This document shows positions 20,627 through 31,841 of a DNA stretch of 64,000 bases, one piece after another. Position 1 is the first letter of the stretch, and every line of letters begins with the position of its first letter. Source of the stretch: an uncultured Chloroflexia bacterium (GTDB lineage: Bacteria > Chloroflexota > Limnocylindria > Limnocylindrales > CSP1-4); NCBI GenBank assembly GCA_963763775.1, contig CAVXPZ010000002.1:74275-138274 (forward strand). The letters run 5' to 3'. A program made the translations under genes and the position numbers. The notes under the pieces were generated by a model that saw only the letters and a program-made list of their open reading frames with translations, made no database searches and was not told the origin of the DNA.

Positions 20627-22487
20627 TCGTCCGGACCGTCCCACTTCTCGATCAGGTCGGACAGGCCCTTGCCGGCCGGCATCATCGGGAAGACGTTCTG
20701 CTCCTCGGCGATCTCGAACCAGATGAGCGCCGGACCGTCGACGGCCTGCGCCGCCGCGATCGCCGCGTCCACCTCGTCGGGCGTCCGCGCGCGGAACGCC
20801 GGGATCCCGTACGCGTCCGCGAGCTTCGCGAAGTCCGGGCCGGGCAGGTTCGATGAGTGGTAGTTGCCCGCGTAGATGATCTCCTGCCACTGGCGGATCA
20901 TCCCGAGCTTCTTGTTGTCGAGCAGGGCGATCTTCACCGGGATGTGGTCCGCGACCAGGGTCATCAGCTCCTGCGAGGTCATCTGGAACCCGCCGTCGCC
21001 GGTGATCGCCCAGGTCTCGCGATCGGGGCGTCCGAGGGCCGCGCCCATCGCCGCCGGGACGCTGAAGCCCATGGTGCCGAGCCCGCCGGAGCTGACATGG
21101 CTGTTCGGGTGGCGGAAGCCGGTGTACCGGGCGAGCCACATCTGGTTCTGGCCGACATCGGCGACGTAGGTCGCGTCGTGGTTCGTCAGCTCGCCGATGC
21201 GCTCCACCACGTAGTCGGCGGAGAGCAGGCCGTCGCGCCAGGCACCGGATCCGTGCCAGCTGGAGGCCACCGAATCGGTCTTCCACTCGGCCAGCTGCTC
21301 GAAGTAGCCGGCGCGCGTCGCCGGGTCGACGGCCGGGGACAGCCGGAGCAGCTCCGCGAGGACGCGCCTGGCATCGCCGACGATCGGCACCTCGACCGCG
21401 ACGTTCTTCCCGATCTCGGCCGGGTCGATGTCCGCGTGGATGATCCGCGCGTAGGGTGCGTACGTCCGGACGTTGCCGGTCACCCGGTCGTCGAAGCGCA
21501 TCCCGATCGCGATCAGCAGGTCGGCGGTCTGGATCGCGCGGTTCACGTGCTTCCAGCCGTGCATCCCCATGTAGCCGTAGGCCAGGGGGTGCGTCTCGTC
21601 GATCGCCCCGATCCCGAGCAGCGTCCACGCGACGGGGATCTGGGCCTTCTCGGCGAACGCCTTGAGCTCGTCCCAGGCCTCGGCATGGAGGACGCCGTGA
21701 CCGGCGAGGATCACCGGTCGCTGGGCCTTCGCGATCTCCGCGGCGGCGAGCTTCAACTGGCGAGGGTGGCCGTCGACGTTGGGGCGGAACCCGGGCAGCC
21801 CGGCGACGACCTCCGCCTCGGTCGGGTGCTGCGGCCCGCGTCTCCTGCTGGAGCGCGTCCTTGGTGATGTCGATGTGGACCGGTCCCGGGACGCCCGGTC
21901 CGCGCGATGTGGAAGGCCTCGGCGACGACCCGCGGCAGGTCGTCGGCGTCGCGGACCAGGTAGTTGTGCTTGGTCATCGGCAGGGTGATGCCGTTGATGT
22001 CGATCTCCTGGAACGCGTCCTTGCCGATGAGGACGCCGGGGACGTTGCCGGTGATCGCGACCATCGGGATCGAGTCCAGCAGGGCGGTCCCGATCCCCGT
22101 GACGAGGTTCGTCGCGCCGGGTCCCGACGTGCCCATGCAGACCCCGACCCGGCCGGTCACCCGCGCGTACCCGTCGGCCGCGTGCGCACCGCCCTGCTCA
22201 TGGCGCACGAGGATGTGGCGCAATTCCGGATAGTCGCCGAGGACGTCGTACAGCGGGAGGATGACGCCGCCCGGGTAGCTGAAGAAGACGTCCACGCCCT
22301 GGTTGAGCAGCGCCTCGCACAGGACGTCCGCCCCGATGCGGGTCCGCTTGAGGTCGCGGCCGTCGTGGAGCATCTCCTTGCGGGCCTTCTCGACCGCGGC
22401 CGCCTCGGCCGTCCCGTCGCCGGGCACGTGGCTGCGCCGGGCCGGGCCGGGACTGGGCGGTTTCGCCGTATCGGTCTTCGTCGTCAT
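20623..22487 (-). CDS. ilvB: Acetolactate synthase large subunit; frameshifts around 21750-21890
   Basis: [26 protein letters not shown] in the 5' ORF; [23 protein letters not shown] in the 3' ORF. Confidence 0.93.
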
Positions 22488-22523
22488 CGGGGTCCCCTAC
22501 AGCTGACTGGTCGAGATCGGCTG

Positions 22524-22562
22524 GAAATACGAAGACCCTCGCCTCCCGGCGAGGGTCCCTTC
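22524..22562 (-). terminator. Attenuator terminator hairpin upstream of ilvB
   Basis: Minus strand GACCCTCGCC-GGGA-GGCGAGGGTC followed by TTCGTATTT. Confidence 0.8.
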
Positions 22563-22583
22563 GGTCTTCGGTGGTGTCGGGCG

Positions 22584-22793
22584 CTACTGGCGCTCGTCCC
22601 TCCGCGTCCCTTGGTCCCGCCGGGAGCCGGTAATGAGGCCAAGAAGGCCATCAAGCCCCAGAAGCGAGCGAAGAAGAGCGAGGGGGGATACGTCGGCGAG
22701 GCCGGCCGGTTCGATGGGCATGTGGACGCGTCGTCCGTCCGACGTCACCACGATGGCGACGCGGCGGCGATCCTGCCGATCGAAATGGCCCAA
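22584..22793 (-). CDS. Putative ilv-leu attenuation leader peptide (69 aa)
   Basis: AGGAGG then TTG; MGHFDRQDRRRVAIVVTSDGRRVHMPIEPAGLADVSPLALLRSLLGLDGLLGLITGSRRDQGTRRDERQ; Leu cluster uses six CTT codons plus ATT/GTA, unusual at this GC content; stop just before the terminator. Confidence 0.75.
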   Translation of the reverse strand: MGHFDRQDRRRVAIVVTSDGRRVHMPIEPAGLADVSPLALLRSLLGLDGLLGLITGSRRDQGTRRDERQ

Positions 22794-22845
22794 GGTGGCC
22801 TCCTGATGACGCCTCATCCCCGCCTGAACGGGCGATGTGGGGCGC

Positions 22846-22874
22846 AGTCTACGAGGCGAGGGGCCATCGCGCAA
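22846..22874 (-). promoter_or_regulatory. Sigma70-type promoter of the ilv-leu leader
   Basis: Minus strand TTGCGC-17 bp-TAGACT. Confidence 0.7.
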
Positions 22875-22882
22875 CTGCCAGA

Positions 22883-24454
22883 TCATGTCGGCATGGTCCG
22901 CAGGCGCTCGATGAGCCAGTCGGCGCCCTTCGCGAGCGCCGTCAGATCGAGCGATTCGGTCGACGGGCGGTCCGTCGGACGGCCCAGCAGGTAGCCCTGG
23001 CCGGCGCCGATCCCGAGCGACCGGACGACGTCGAGCTGCTGCGGCGTCTCGATGCCCTCGGCGATGACCAGCGCGCCCCAGCGGTCGGCCAGGTCGCGCA
23101 GCGTCTTGAGGATCTCGAGCGAGGTCTCGCGGACGGCGCCGCCCTGGACGAGCGAGAGGTCGATCTTGACGATGTCGAATCGGAGCTGGCTCAGGAGGCG
23201 CAGGCCGGCGTTCCCCGCGCCGACGTCGTCGGCGGCGAGCCGGATGCCGGCGACCCGACACGACTCCACGGCCTGGCGCAACCGGTCCAGATCCTCGACG
23301 GCCTCGCGCTCGGTCAACTCGAGCACGATGTTGCGGGGGTCCAGCCCGTGGCGGACGATCATCCGCAGCAGGGCGTGGACGCTGAAGTCGTCGCGTTCGA
23401 GCGTTCGCGGCGAGAGGTTGACGGTCAGGGACCCTGGAAGGCGCAGGCGCGCGGCGGTCTCCATCACGGTGTTGAGGCAGGCGATGTCCAGCTCACCGGT
23501 GCGCCCGGTGGCCTCGGCCGCCTCGAAGAGCGCGCCGGGGTCGGCGAACCCGCTGTCCGGCAGCGGTCGGACGAGGCCCTCGTACCCGCGCGGTGCGCCG
23601 GTCGAGAGGTCGTAGATGGGCTGGAAGACCGCGCGGATCGCGCCGGTGGCGGCGACCTGGGCCACGGCGGCGGACAGCTCGGCCGGCGGGCGTTCCGCGG
23701 CCGGTCCGTCGTGGCGGGCCGGGTCGTAGATCGTCACGCAGGTCCGGCCGTGGCGCTTGCTCCAGTACAACGCGGCATCGGCCTGCCGATACAGGGCCTC
23801 GCGATCGCGCGCCGGCGCCGGTCCGGCGCTGATCCCGGCCGAGAACGAGATCGTGTGCTCGAAGCCGCGACCGGACTCGCCGTCGAGACAGGCAGCGAGC
23901 AACCGGCGGACCATCACCTGTGCCTGGTCGACGTCCGTGTCCGGGAGGATCAGGGCGAACTCGTCGCCGCCGACGCGGAACGCCCGGTCCGAGCGCCGGA
24001 CGAACGAGGCGATGGTCGTGGCCGCCTGGCGCAGCACCTGGTCGCCCGCGGCATGGCCGCTCGAGTCGTTGATCCGCTTGAAGTCGTCGAGGTCGACGAT
24101 CGCCAGCGCCACGGACCGGCCGGAGCGGGTGGCGAGCGACCACTGCCGCTCGACCTCCTCCTGGAACGCCCGGTGGTTCCCGAGCCCGGTCAGGGTGTCG
24201 CGCAGGGCCTCGGCTCGGGCGCGGTCGTACGCGTCCTCGAGGATGCGCCGGGCCTCCTCCAGACGCTCGGCGGGCTCGAGGACCCGGCGCGCGAGCCAGA
24301 CGGTCAGGAGGCCGAGGACGAAGGAGAGCGCGAGGATCGCCAGGGTCGGGACGGCGATCGAGGCGCCGTGGCCGGACGTGAACGCGTAGATGAACGGCGC
24401 CGCGATCAGGATCGGGATCGCGAACATCGTGACGAGGGCAAGGAACAGCCGCAA
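22883..24454 (-). CDS. Membrane-anchored diguanylate cyclase/phosphodiesterase (GGDEF-EAL)
   Basis: Two TM helices; DTLTGLGN, DLDDFKRIND..GH..GD, RRSD I-site 5 aa before GGDEF; EGL variant EAL with DDVGAG, KID, EGIE, QGY; true start uncertain. Confidence 0.92.
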   Translation of the reverse strand: MRLFLALVTMFAIPILIAAPFIYAFTSGHGASIAVPTLAILALSFVLGLLTVWLARRVLEPAERLEEARRILEDAYDRARAEALRDTLTGLGNHRAFQEEVERQWSLATRSGRSVALAIVDLDDFKRINDSSGHAAGDQVLRQAATTIASFVRRSDRAFRVGGDEFALILPDTDVDQAQVMVRRLLAACLDGESGRGFEHTISFSAGISAGPAPARDREALYRQADAALYWSKRHGRTCVTIYDPARHDGPAAERPPAELSAAVAQVAATGAIRAVFQPIYDLSTGAPRGYEGLVRPLPDSGFADPGALFEAAEATGRTGELDIACLNTVMETAARLRLPGSLTVNLSPRTLERDDFSVHALLRMIVRHGLDPRNIVLELTEREAVEDLDRLRQAVESCRVAGIRLAADDVGAGNAGLRLLSQLRFDIVKIDLSLVQGGAVRETSLEILKTLRDLADRWGALVIAEGIETPQQLDVVRSLGIGAGQGYLLGRPTDRPSTESLDLTALAKGADWLIERLRTMPT

Positions 24455-24644
24455 TCGGACGAGTCGAAGATTCGTGGACTCGCCGAGGAAGCTGCCGGAG
24501 CGCTCCTGATCGTCGCGGATGAGCCGTGGCCTCCCTTGGTGGGAGGTTGGTTATAGTCCGTTGGGGTCCTCACCGGGAATGTGCCCTTGGTACCGCACCT
24601 CATAGGACCTCCGGTGTTGCGACCGGTCCACGAGGCGTCGGATC

Positions 24645-24740
24645 GCGGTGAGCGGGCGGCTCGGACCGAGCCGATGTCGCGAGCGCGCCCACGCCGGCGC
24701 GTGAGTGCCTGAGGCGAGCGCCGAGCCGCCCGATCACCGC
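24645..24740 (+). repeat. Dispersed hairpin repeat, copy A, inside a flanking inverted repeat
   Basis: Core CCGAGCCGA..TCGCGAGCGCGCCCACGCCGGCGCGTGAGTGC..GAGG matches copies at 37726-37781 (-) and 37876-37929 (+); arms GCGGTGA.CGGGCGGCTCGG / CCGAGCCGCCCG.TCACCGC. Confidence 0.7.
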
Positions 24741-24779
24741 CCCTGCGACCTTCCGGGGAGGGCTGGTACGCTGCGTCGC

Positions 24780-26219
24780 ATGACCGAACCGCGCACCATC
24801 GTCGCCAAGATCTGGGACGACCACGTCGTCACGCAGGACCCGGGGGCACCCGCCGTCCTGGCCGTGGACCTGCATCTCGTCCACGAAGTCACGAGCCCCC
24901 AGGCGTTCTCCGGGCTCCGCGCCCGCGGCCTCCGGGTCCGCCACCCCGGCCAGACCGTGGCCACCGCGGACCACTCGATCCCGACGACGCCGCGGAGCCT
25001 GCCGATCCTCGACGCGATGGCCGCCGCGCAGATCACGCAGCTCGAGACGAACTGCGCCGAGTTCGGCATCCCGCTCCACGGGATCGGCTCGCCGAGCCAG
25101 GGCATCGTCCACGTCATCGGCCCGCAGCTCGGCCTCACCCAGCCAGGCATGACGATCGTGTGCGGCGACTCGCACACCAGCACGCACGGGGCGTTCGGCG
25201 CGTTGGCCTTCGGGATCGGCACCAGCGAGGTCGAGATGGTCCTCGCGACCCAGACGCTGCTGCAGCGCGACCCGAAGACCTACGAGGTGCGGGTCGACGG
25301 CCGGCTGGCGCCCGGGGTCAGCAGCAAGGACATCATCCTCGCCCTGATCGCCCGGATCGGCGTCGGCGGCGGCACGGGCCATGTCTTCGAATACCGCGGC
25401 GAGGCCATCCGGGCCCTGACGATGGAACAGCGGATGACCATCTGCAACATGAGCATCGAGGGCGGCGCGCGCGCCGGGCTGATCGCCCCGGACGACACCA
25501 CGTTCGAGTACGTCCACGGCCGCGAGCACGCCCCGAAAGGCGCGGACTGGGACGCGGCGGTCACCCGCTGGCGGACGCTCCCGACCGACGACGGCGCCAC
25601 GTTCGACAAGACGATCACGATCGATGCGAACGCTCTCGAGCCCATGATCACCTACGGGACCAACCCCGGCATGGGGATCCCGATCACGTCCCGCGTCCCG
25701 TCTCCCGAGGACGAGCCGGACGCCCAGTCGAAGCGGGCACTCGAGCACGCCCTCGCCTACATGGACCTGCGCCCGGGGCAGCCGATCATCGGCCAGAAGG
25801 TCGACGTGGTCTTCGTCGGGTCGTGCACGAACGGGCGTATCTCGGACCTGCGCCTCGCGGCCGCCGCGCTCGAGGGTCGGCACATCGCCGACGGGGTCCG
25901 CCTGATGGTGACGCCCGGCAGCGACGAGGTGAAGCGCGAGGCCGAGGCCGAGGGCCTCTCGGAGATCTTCAAGGCCGCGGGCGCCGACTGGCGCGAGTCG
26001 GGGTGCTCGATGTGCATCGCGATGAACGGCGACCAGCTGACGCCGGGGCAGTACGCCGTGAGCACGAGCAACCGCAACTTCGAGGGTCGGCAGGGCAAGG
26101 GTGGCCGGACGTTCCTGGCGTCGCCGCTCACCGCGGCGGCGAGCGCGATCAGCGGCGTCGTCACCGATCCGCGGACGCTGCCCGGCATCGAGCACCTCGC
26201 CGCCGTGGGAGGGCGCTGA
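24780..26219 (+). CDS. leuC: 3-isopropylmalate dehydratase large subunit
   Basis: [46 protein letters not shown]. Confidence 0.97.
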   Translation: MTEPRTIVAKIWDDHVVTQDPGAPAVLAVDLHLVHEVTSPQAFSGLRARGLRVRHPGQTVATADHSIPTTPRSLPILDAMAAAQITQLETNCAEFGIPLHGIGSPSQGIVHVIGPQLGLTQPGMTIVCGDSHTSTHGAFGALAFGIGTSEVEMVLATQTLLQRDPKTYEVRVDGRLAPGVSSKDIILALIARIGVGGGTGHVFEYRGEAIRALTMEQRMTICNMSIEGGARAGLIAPDDTTFEYVHGREHAPKGADWDAAVTRWRTLPTDDGATFDKTITIDANALEPMITYGTNPGMGIPITSRVPSPEDEPDAQSKRALEHALAYMDLRPGQPIIGQKVDVVFVGSCTNGRISDLRLAAAALEGRHIADGVRLMVTPGSDEVKREAEAEGLSEIFKAAGADWRESGCSMCIAMNGDQLTPGQYAVSTSNRNFEGRQGKGGRTFLASPLTAAASAISGVVTDPRTLPGIEHLAAVGGR

Positions 26220-26222
26220 CCG

Positions 26223-26846
26223 ATGGCGGAGCCGTTCACGATGTTCACGAGCAAGGTCGTGCCGCTCGACGCCGAGAACGTCGACACGGACCAGGTCGTC
26301 CCCGCTCGCTATCTCAAGGTGACCGACAAGGAGGGCCTCGCCGATGCCCTCTTCCGCGACTGGCGATTCGATGAGGACGGAGCGCTGAAGGACCCGCCGT
26401 TCATCCTCGACCAGCCCGGGATGGCCGGCCGCCGCATCCTGCTCGTGGGGGACAACTTCGGCGCCGGGTCGTCGCGGGAGCACGCGCCATGGGCCCTGAC
26501 CGCGTGGGGCATCCGCGCGATCCTCTCGACGGGCTTCGCCGACATCTTCTCGAGCAACAGCCTCAAGAACGGGCTGCTGCCCATCGTCGTCCCCCCGGAC
26601 GTGCATCAGCGACTGTGGTCGTTGATCGAGGCGGACCCGGACGCCCAGCTCACCATCGACCTGGCCGAGGAAGGCGTGCTGCTTCCGGACGGGTCCACGA
26701 TCGACTTCACGATCGATCCCTTCGCGAAGCACATGCTGCTCGCGGGCACGGACGAGCTCGGCTACCTCCTCTCGAAGGCCGCGGAGCTCGAGACGTGGGA
26801 AGCGGCACATCCGTCACGCGTGGATACCCTCGCCGGGGCGCGCTGA
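26223..26846 (+). CDS. leuD: 3-isopropylmalate dehydratase small subunit
   Basis: NVDTDQVVPARYL, NFGAGSSREHAPWAL, FADIF..N..KNGLLP. Confidence 0.97.
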   Translation: MAEPFTMFTSKVVPLDAENVDTDQVVPARYLKVTDKEGLADALFRDWRFDEDGALKDPPFILDQPGMAGRRILLVGDNFGAGSSREHAPWALTAWGIRAILSTGFADIFSSNSLKNGLLPIVVPPDVHQRLWSLIEADPDAQLTIDLAEEGVLLPDGSTIDFTIDPFAKHMLLAGTDELGYLLSKAAELETWEAAHPSRVDTLAGAR

Positions 26847-26881
26847 CGGAACCCGCCGACGAGGCGCATCGTCTCGCGGCC

Positions 26882-27392
26882 ATGCAGACCCTTCGCCGCC
26901 TCACCGGCCTCCTGTCCGTCGTCGTCCTCGCCGCAGCCTGCTCGGGAGGGGCCGCGTCCGCGCCGCCGACCGCGGTCCCGTCGCCCGACCCGAACACGCC
27001 GGTGACGAACGTCCCGGGTGACAGCGGTAGGTGATGATGGCGCCCCGGTGGACGGCAGCGGTCTCGTCGTGCCGAAGCCCGGACAGCTCGACGTCCATGC
27101 CATCCCGATGACCGGCATCTCGGCCACGGTCGACGGCCGGCACGTCGTGGTCACGACCGCCTGGACCAGTGGCGTGGAGCCGTGCAACGTGCTCGACAGC
27201 ATCGTCGTCGCGCGCGGTGACCACGCGTTCACGCTCACCATCCGCGAGGGCCACGGCCCCGAGAAGGTGGCCTGCATCGAGATCGCCCAGCTCAAGCAGG
27301 CGAAGGTCGACCTCGGCGACCTCGACCCCGGCACCTACACGATCGCCGACAGCGAGTCCGGCGCGACGCCGATCGAGGTCGTCGTCCCCTGA
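26882..27392 (+). CDS. Hypothetical lipoprotein; frameshift near 27029
   Basis: MQTLRR-hydrophobic-LAAAC lipobox, Pro-rich linker, then a beta-rich domain with two Cys in a shifted frame. Confidence 0.7.
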
Positions 27393-27446
27393 CCCTCGGG
27401 CGCCCGCCGGCGCCGGATCGCGACGACCTGTGCGACGATCGACGTC

Positions 27447-28634
27447 GTGAATCCGCTCGATCTGATCGCGATCCTGCTCATCGTCATCGGGGCGGTGCTG
27501 GGATTCCGGTCGGGGGCGTTGCCGCAGATCGGCGGGCTCGCCGGCGCGATCGGCGGGGCCGCGCTCGTCGTGCTCGTCGCCCTGCCGCTCGCCACGGACC
27601 AACTCGGCGCGATCGACCCCGGGCTCCGGCCGTTCGTGGTGCTCGGCGGCCTGCTGATCGTGGTGGCCCTCGGCGAGTCGGTCGGCTCCACGTTCGGTCG
27701 ACGGATCGCGACGTCCCTCGGGACGGGCGTCCTCAGCGCCGCGGACCGGGTCGCGGGCGCGTTCGTCGGCATCGCCCAGGGCCTGCTCATCATCTGGCTC
27801 GTCGGCGGCCTCCTGGCACTCGCACCGGTCCTGCGGCTGACCGAGGCCGCGCAGACCTCGAAGGCGATCCGGGCCCTCAACGCGGTCCTGCCGGCGCCGG
27901 GCGACTTCGCGATGGGCCTCGGCCGGATGCTCGACTCGACCGGCCTGCCCGCCGTCTTCGTCGGGTTCGAGCCGCTGCCGCAGGCCCCGGTCGACCTGCC
28001 CGGCGACCCGATCGTGCAGCGGCTTGCGAAGGCCGCGCTCTCGAGCACGGTCAAGGTCTCGGCGGGCGCCTGCGGTTTCACCTCCGTCGGGACCGGCTTC
28101 GCGATCGCCGGCGACTACGTGGTCACGAACGCGCACGTGGTGGCGGGGGCGGGACGCGGGGACACGAAGGTCCGCGATGCGAACGACGACCTGCATGACG
28201 CGGTGACCGTGCTGTTCGACCCGTCGCTCGACGTCGCCGTCCTGCACGTGCCCGGCCTGGGCGCGAATGCCCTGCGATTCACCACTCGGGACCCGGGTCG
28301 CGGCGCGATCGGCGCCACCATCGGGTACCCGGGTGGCGGGAACGTGCAGGTGCTGCCGGCCGCGGTGGCGGGGGAGTACCCGGCCGTCGGCCGGGACATC
28401 TACGACCAGGACCGCGTCAGCCGCCAGATCCTCGAGCTCCACGCGGCGATCGACCGCGGCGACAGCGGCGGACCGTTCGTGCTCGTGGACGGGACCGTGG
28501 GAGGCGTGGTGTTCGCGGAGGCGCGGACGGACGACTCGGTGGGCTATGCGCTCTCGCCGACCGCCGTCTCCACCCGGGTCAGCCCGGCCCTCGGACGCAC
28601 GTCGGCCGTCGACACCGGGGACTGCATCCGCTGA
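27447..28634 (+). CDS. MarP-like membrane serine protease (CvpA-like TM region plus trypsin domain)
   Basis: N-terminal TM helices; VTNAHVV, DVAVL, GDSGGP; Cys at GACG and at the C-terminus. Confidence 0.9.
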   Translation: MNPLDLIAILLIVIGAVLGFRSGALPQIGGLAGAIGGAALVVLVALPLATDQLGAIDPGLRPFVVLGGLLIVVALGESVGSTFGRRIATSLGTGVLSAADRVAGAFVGIAQGLLIIWLVGGLLALAPVLRLTEAAQTSKAIRALNAVLPAPGDFAMGLGRMLDSTGLPAVFVGFEPLPQAPVDLPGDPIVQRLAKAALSSTVKVSAGACGFTSVGTGFAIAGDYVVTNAHVVAGAGRGDTKVRDANDDLHDAVTVLFDPSLDVAVLHVPGLGANALRFTTRDPGRGAIGATIGYPGGGNVQVLPAAVAGEYPAVGRDIYDQDRVSRQILELHAAIDRGDSGGPFVLVDGTVGGVVFAEARTDDSVGYALSPTAVSTRVSPALGRTSAVDTGDCIR

Positions 28635-28643
28635 CCCGGAGGG

Positions 28644-29057
28644 TCACTCCTCGGGCGACCCCGTCGTTCGGATCCGCTTCGCGAGGGCGAGCATGACCTC
28701 GCCCTGGATCTCGGGGTGGGCGCTCAGCAGCGACTTGAACTCCCGGGTCCCCATGACGAGCAGTCGCGTCGGGGTCGTCGCCGTCGCGGTCGCCGTGCGG
28801 TGCCCGTGGTCGACCAGGGCGATCTCGCCGAGGAACTCGTTGGCCCCCATGGTGCGCAGCGTCGCGCCGCCGGCCGTGATCTCGACGGATCCGTCGAGGA
28901 TGACGAAGAACTCGCTGCCGGGGGTGTCCTCGCGCATCAGGACGTAGCCCGCGGGGACGTCGACCTCGTCGCAGAGCTGGCCGACCTCCGTGAGCTGCTT
29001 CTGGTCGAGGCCCGAGAGCAGCGGCACCTTCGCCAGCACGGCGAGCTTCTGGTCCAT
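28644..29057 (-). CDS. Stand-alone cyclic-nucleotide-binding domain protein
   Basis: [22 protein letters not shown]...RTAT phosphate-binding cassette. Confidence 0.88.
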   Translation of the reverse strand: MDQKLAVLAKVPLLSGLDQKQLTEVGQLCDEVDVPAGYVLMREDTPGSEFFVILDGSVEITAGGATLRTMGANEFLGEIALVDHGHRTATATATTPTRLLVMGTREFKSLLSAHPEIQGEVMLALAKRIRTTGSPEE

Positions 29058-29198
29058 GGTCGGTCCTCTCCTCCGTTGCCTACCCGATGGTCGCAGCAGC
29101 ATACGCAATGGCGTCGGCGTCGCAAGCGGCCTCGCGAGCCGGATCCGGGTCTCGGGACACTACACTTGACGCCCCGCAGCCCTCGAAGGAAACCCTCG

Positions 29199-30941
29199 AT
29201 GCCCGAGTCCACGCACCCCTACGACCGCCCGAGCGACCCCGCCAAGCGCCACTCGGCCGCACTCACCGACGGCCCGGACCGGGCCGCGGCCCGGGCGATG
29301 CTCAAGGCGATCGGCTTCACGGACGACGACCTGGCCAAGCCCCTCGTCGGCGTCGCGACGACGTGGATCGAGACGATGCCGTGCAACTACAACCAGCGGC
29401 GACTGGCCGAGCACGTGAAGGACGGGATCCGGGCGGCGGGTGGCACGCCGATGGAGTTCAACACGGTCTCGGTCAGCGACGGCGTCTCGATGGGCACCGA
29501 GGGCATGAAGGCCTCGCTGATCAGCCGCGAGGTCGTCGCCGACTCGATCGAGCTCGTCGTGCGCGGCCACCTCCTGGACGGGGTCGTCTGCCTCGTCGGC
29601 TGCGACAAGACGCTCCCGGGCGCCGCGATGGCGCTCGGACGCCTCGATGTCCCGGGGCTCGTGCTCTACAACGGGACGATCTACCCGGGCGTGTACAAGG
29701 GCCAGCGCAACGCCACCGTCGTCACCGTCTTCGAGGCGATCGGCGCGTACCGGGCGGGCAAGATCACGCTCGACGAGCTGTACGAGGTGGAGAACGTCGC
29801 GTGCCCGGGCCCGGGCGCCTGCGGCGGCCAGTACACGGCGAACACGATGGCCATGGTCCTCGAGTTCATGGGCCTGTCACCGGCTGGCCTGAACGGCATC
29901 CCGGCCGAGGACCCCGCGAAGGACGCGGCCGCCCGACGGTCCGGCGAGCTCGTGATGGACCTGGTGCGGGACGATCTCCGGCCGTCACGCTACGTGACCC
30001 GGGCCGCGCTCGAGAACGGGATCGCCTCGGTCGCGGCCACGGGTGGCTCGACGAACGGCGTGCTGCACCTGCTGGCGATCGCCCACGACTTCGGGATCCC
30101 ACTCGACATCGACGAGTTCGGGGCGGTGGCGGACCGGACGCCCATCGTGGCGGACATGGTCCCTGGCGGCCGCTACACGGCCGCCGACATGTACGACGCC
30201 GGCGGTCTCAGCCTGGTCATGCGCGAACTCCTGAAGCGGCCGGGGCTGCTCCACGGGGATTCGCCCACGGTCGACGGCCGCACGATCGCCGAGATCGCGG
30301 CCGCGGCCGTCGAGACACCCGGTCAGCAGGTGGTCGTGCCCCTCGAGACCCCGCTCAAGCCGACCGGTGGCCTGGCGATCCTGCACGGCTCGCTCGCGCC
30401 CGAGGGGTGCGTCGTCAAGCTCGCCGGCCACGAGCGCCGGCTCCATCGCGGGCCCGCCCGCGTCTTCGAGTCCGAGGCGGACTGCTACGCGGCCGTCCGC
30501 GACCGGCGGATCGTGGCGGGTGACGTGGTGGTGATCCGCAACGAGGGACCGGTCGGTGGGCCGGGCATGCAGGAGATGCTCAGCGTGACCGCGGCACTCG
30601 TCGGCGAGGGCCTCGGTGACGAGGTCGCACTCATCACCGACGGACGGTTCTCCGGCGGCACGCACGGGCTGATGATCGGCCACATCGCGCCGGAGGCGGC
30701 CCTGGGCGGGCCGATCGCCGCCGTGCGCGAGGGCGACAGCATCGTCATCGACGTGGATCGGAAGGCGCTCGACCTGGAGGTCCCCGACGACGAGATCGCC
30801 CGCCGGCTCGCGGCCTGGTCGCCGCCGGCGCCGCGCTACACGCGTGGCGTGATGGCCAAGTACGCCGCCCTGGTCGGGTCGGCGTCGGACGGTGCGGTGA
30901 CGACCGGCCCACGCATGCAGGCAAATCTGGGGCGCCGATGA
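29199..30941 (+). CDS. ilvD: Dihydroxy-acid dehydratase
   Basis: [43 protein letters not shown]. Confidence 0.96.
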   Translation: MPESTHPYDRPSDPAKRHSAALTDGPDRAAARAMLKAIGFTDDDLAKPLVGVATTWIETMPCNYNQRRLAEHVKDGIRAAGGTPMEFNTVSVSDGVSMGTEGMKASLISREVVADSIELVVRGHLLDGVVCLVGCDKTLPGAAMALGRLDVPGLVLYNGTIYPGVYKGQRNATVVTVFEAIGAYRAGKITLDELYEVENVACPGPGACGGQYTANTMAMVLEFMGLSPAGLNGIPAEDPAKDAAARRSGELVMDLVRDDLRPSRYVTRAALENGIASVAATGGSTNGVLHLLAIAHDFGIPLDIDEFGAVADRTPIVADMVPGGRYTAADMYDAGGLSLVMRELLKRPGLLHGDSPTVDGRTIAEIAAAAVETPGQQVVVPLETPLKPTGGLAILHGSLAPEGCVVKLAGHERRLHRGPARVFESEADCYAAVRDRRIVAGDVVVIRNEGPVGGPGMQEMLSVTAALVGEGLGDEVALITDGRFSGGTHGLMIGHIAPEAALGGPIAAVREGDSIVIDVDRKALDLEVPDDEIARRLAAWSPPAPRYTRGVMAKYAALVGSASDGAVTTGPRMQANLGRR

Positions 30942-31841
30942 GCGGCCGCATCTCGATCGGGATCAAGACCTCGCCCCAGGGCGTCGACTGGGCCACGCTC
31001 GATGGCGCCTGGGGCCGGATCGGCGAGCACGACGTCTTCGAGTCCGTGTGGATGAACGACCATCTGACGGACATCGGTCAGGAGCGTGCAGGCCCGTCGT
31101 GGGAGGCGCTGACGACACTGACGGCGCTGATCCATCACGTCCCCGGCAAGCACGTCGGGCATGCCGTGCTGTCGGCGACGTTCCGGCATCCCTCCGTGCT
31201 GGCGAAGGCCGCGACCGTGCTGGACCATGCCACGGGCGGCCGGTTCATCGTCGGCCTGGGTGCCGGCTGGTTCGAACCGGAGCACACGCCCTTCGGCATC
31301 CCCTACCCCGAGATGCCGGAGCGATTCGACCGGTTCGAATCGGCCGTCCGCGTCCTGCGAGCGCATGGGCTCGGCCGAGGCCGCCACGGCGGCCGGGGTC
31401 ACCCGACCCGACCCGTTCTATCCCCTCGACGGCGCCACCAACGACCCGCCGCCGCGCACGCCCGGCGGTCCGCCCATCTGGCTCGGCGGCCAGAAGCGCC
31501 GCGGGCTCGCGCTGGCCGCGGAAGTCGCCCAGGGATGGCTGCTGCCGGCGGTGACGCCCGACAAGAACCCCACGAACATGACGTACTTCGCGGGTCGGCG
31601 GGAAGCCTTGCTCGCGGCCCTCGAAGCCGCCGGACGAGACCCGGACGGGTTCGCCATCGTCGCGCAGGTGCCGGCGGGCGGCACGGCCGAGACTCGCCGG
31701 CTCTGCCTCGAGAGCGCCGTCGAGGCGGTGTCCATCGGGGCGACGCACGTGATCATCGGCATGCCGCCGGCGCTCGGCGCGTCGGGCGTGGACGATGTCG
31801 CGCGGGAGGTCGCCGAGCCGCTGCGGGACGCGATCGGATGA
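30938..31841 (+). CDS. LLM-class flavin/F420-dependent oxidoreductase; frameshift near 31363
   Basis: [33 protein letters not shown], then PPIWLGG in a second frame. Confidence 0.85.
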
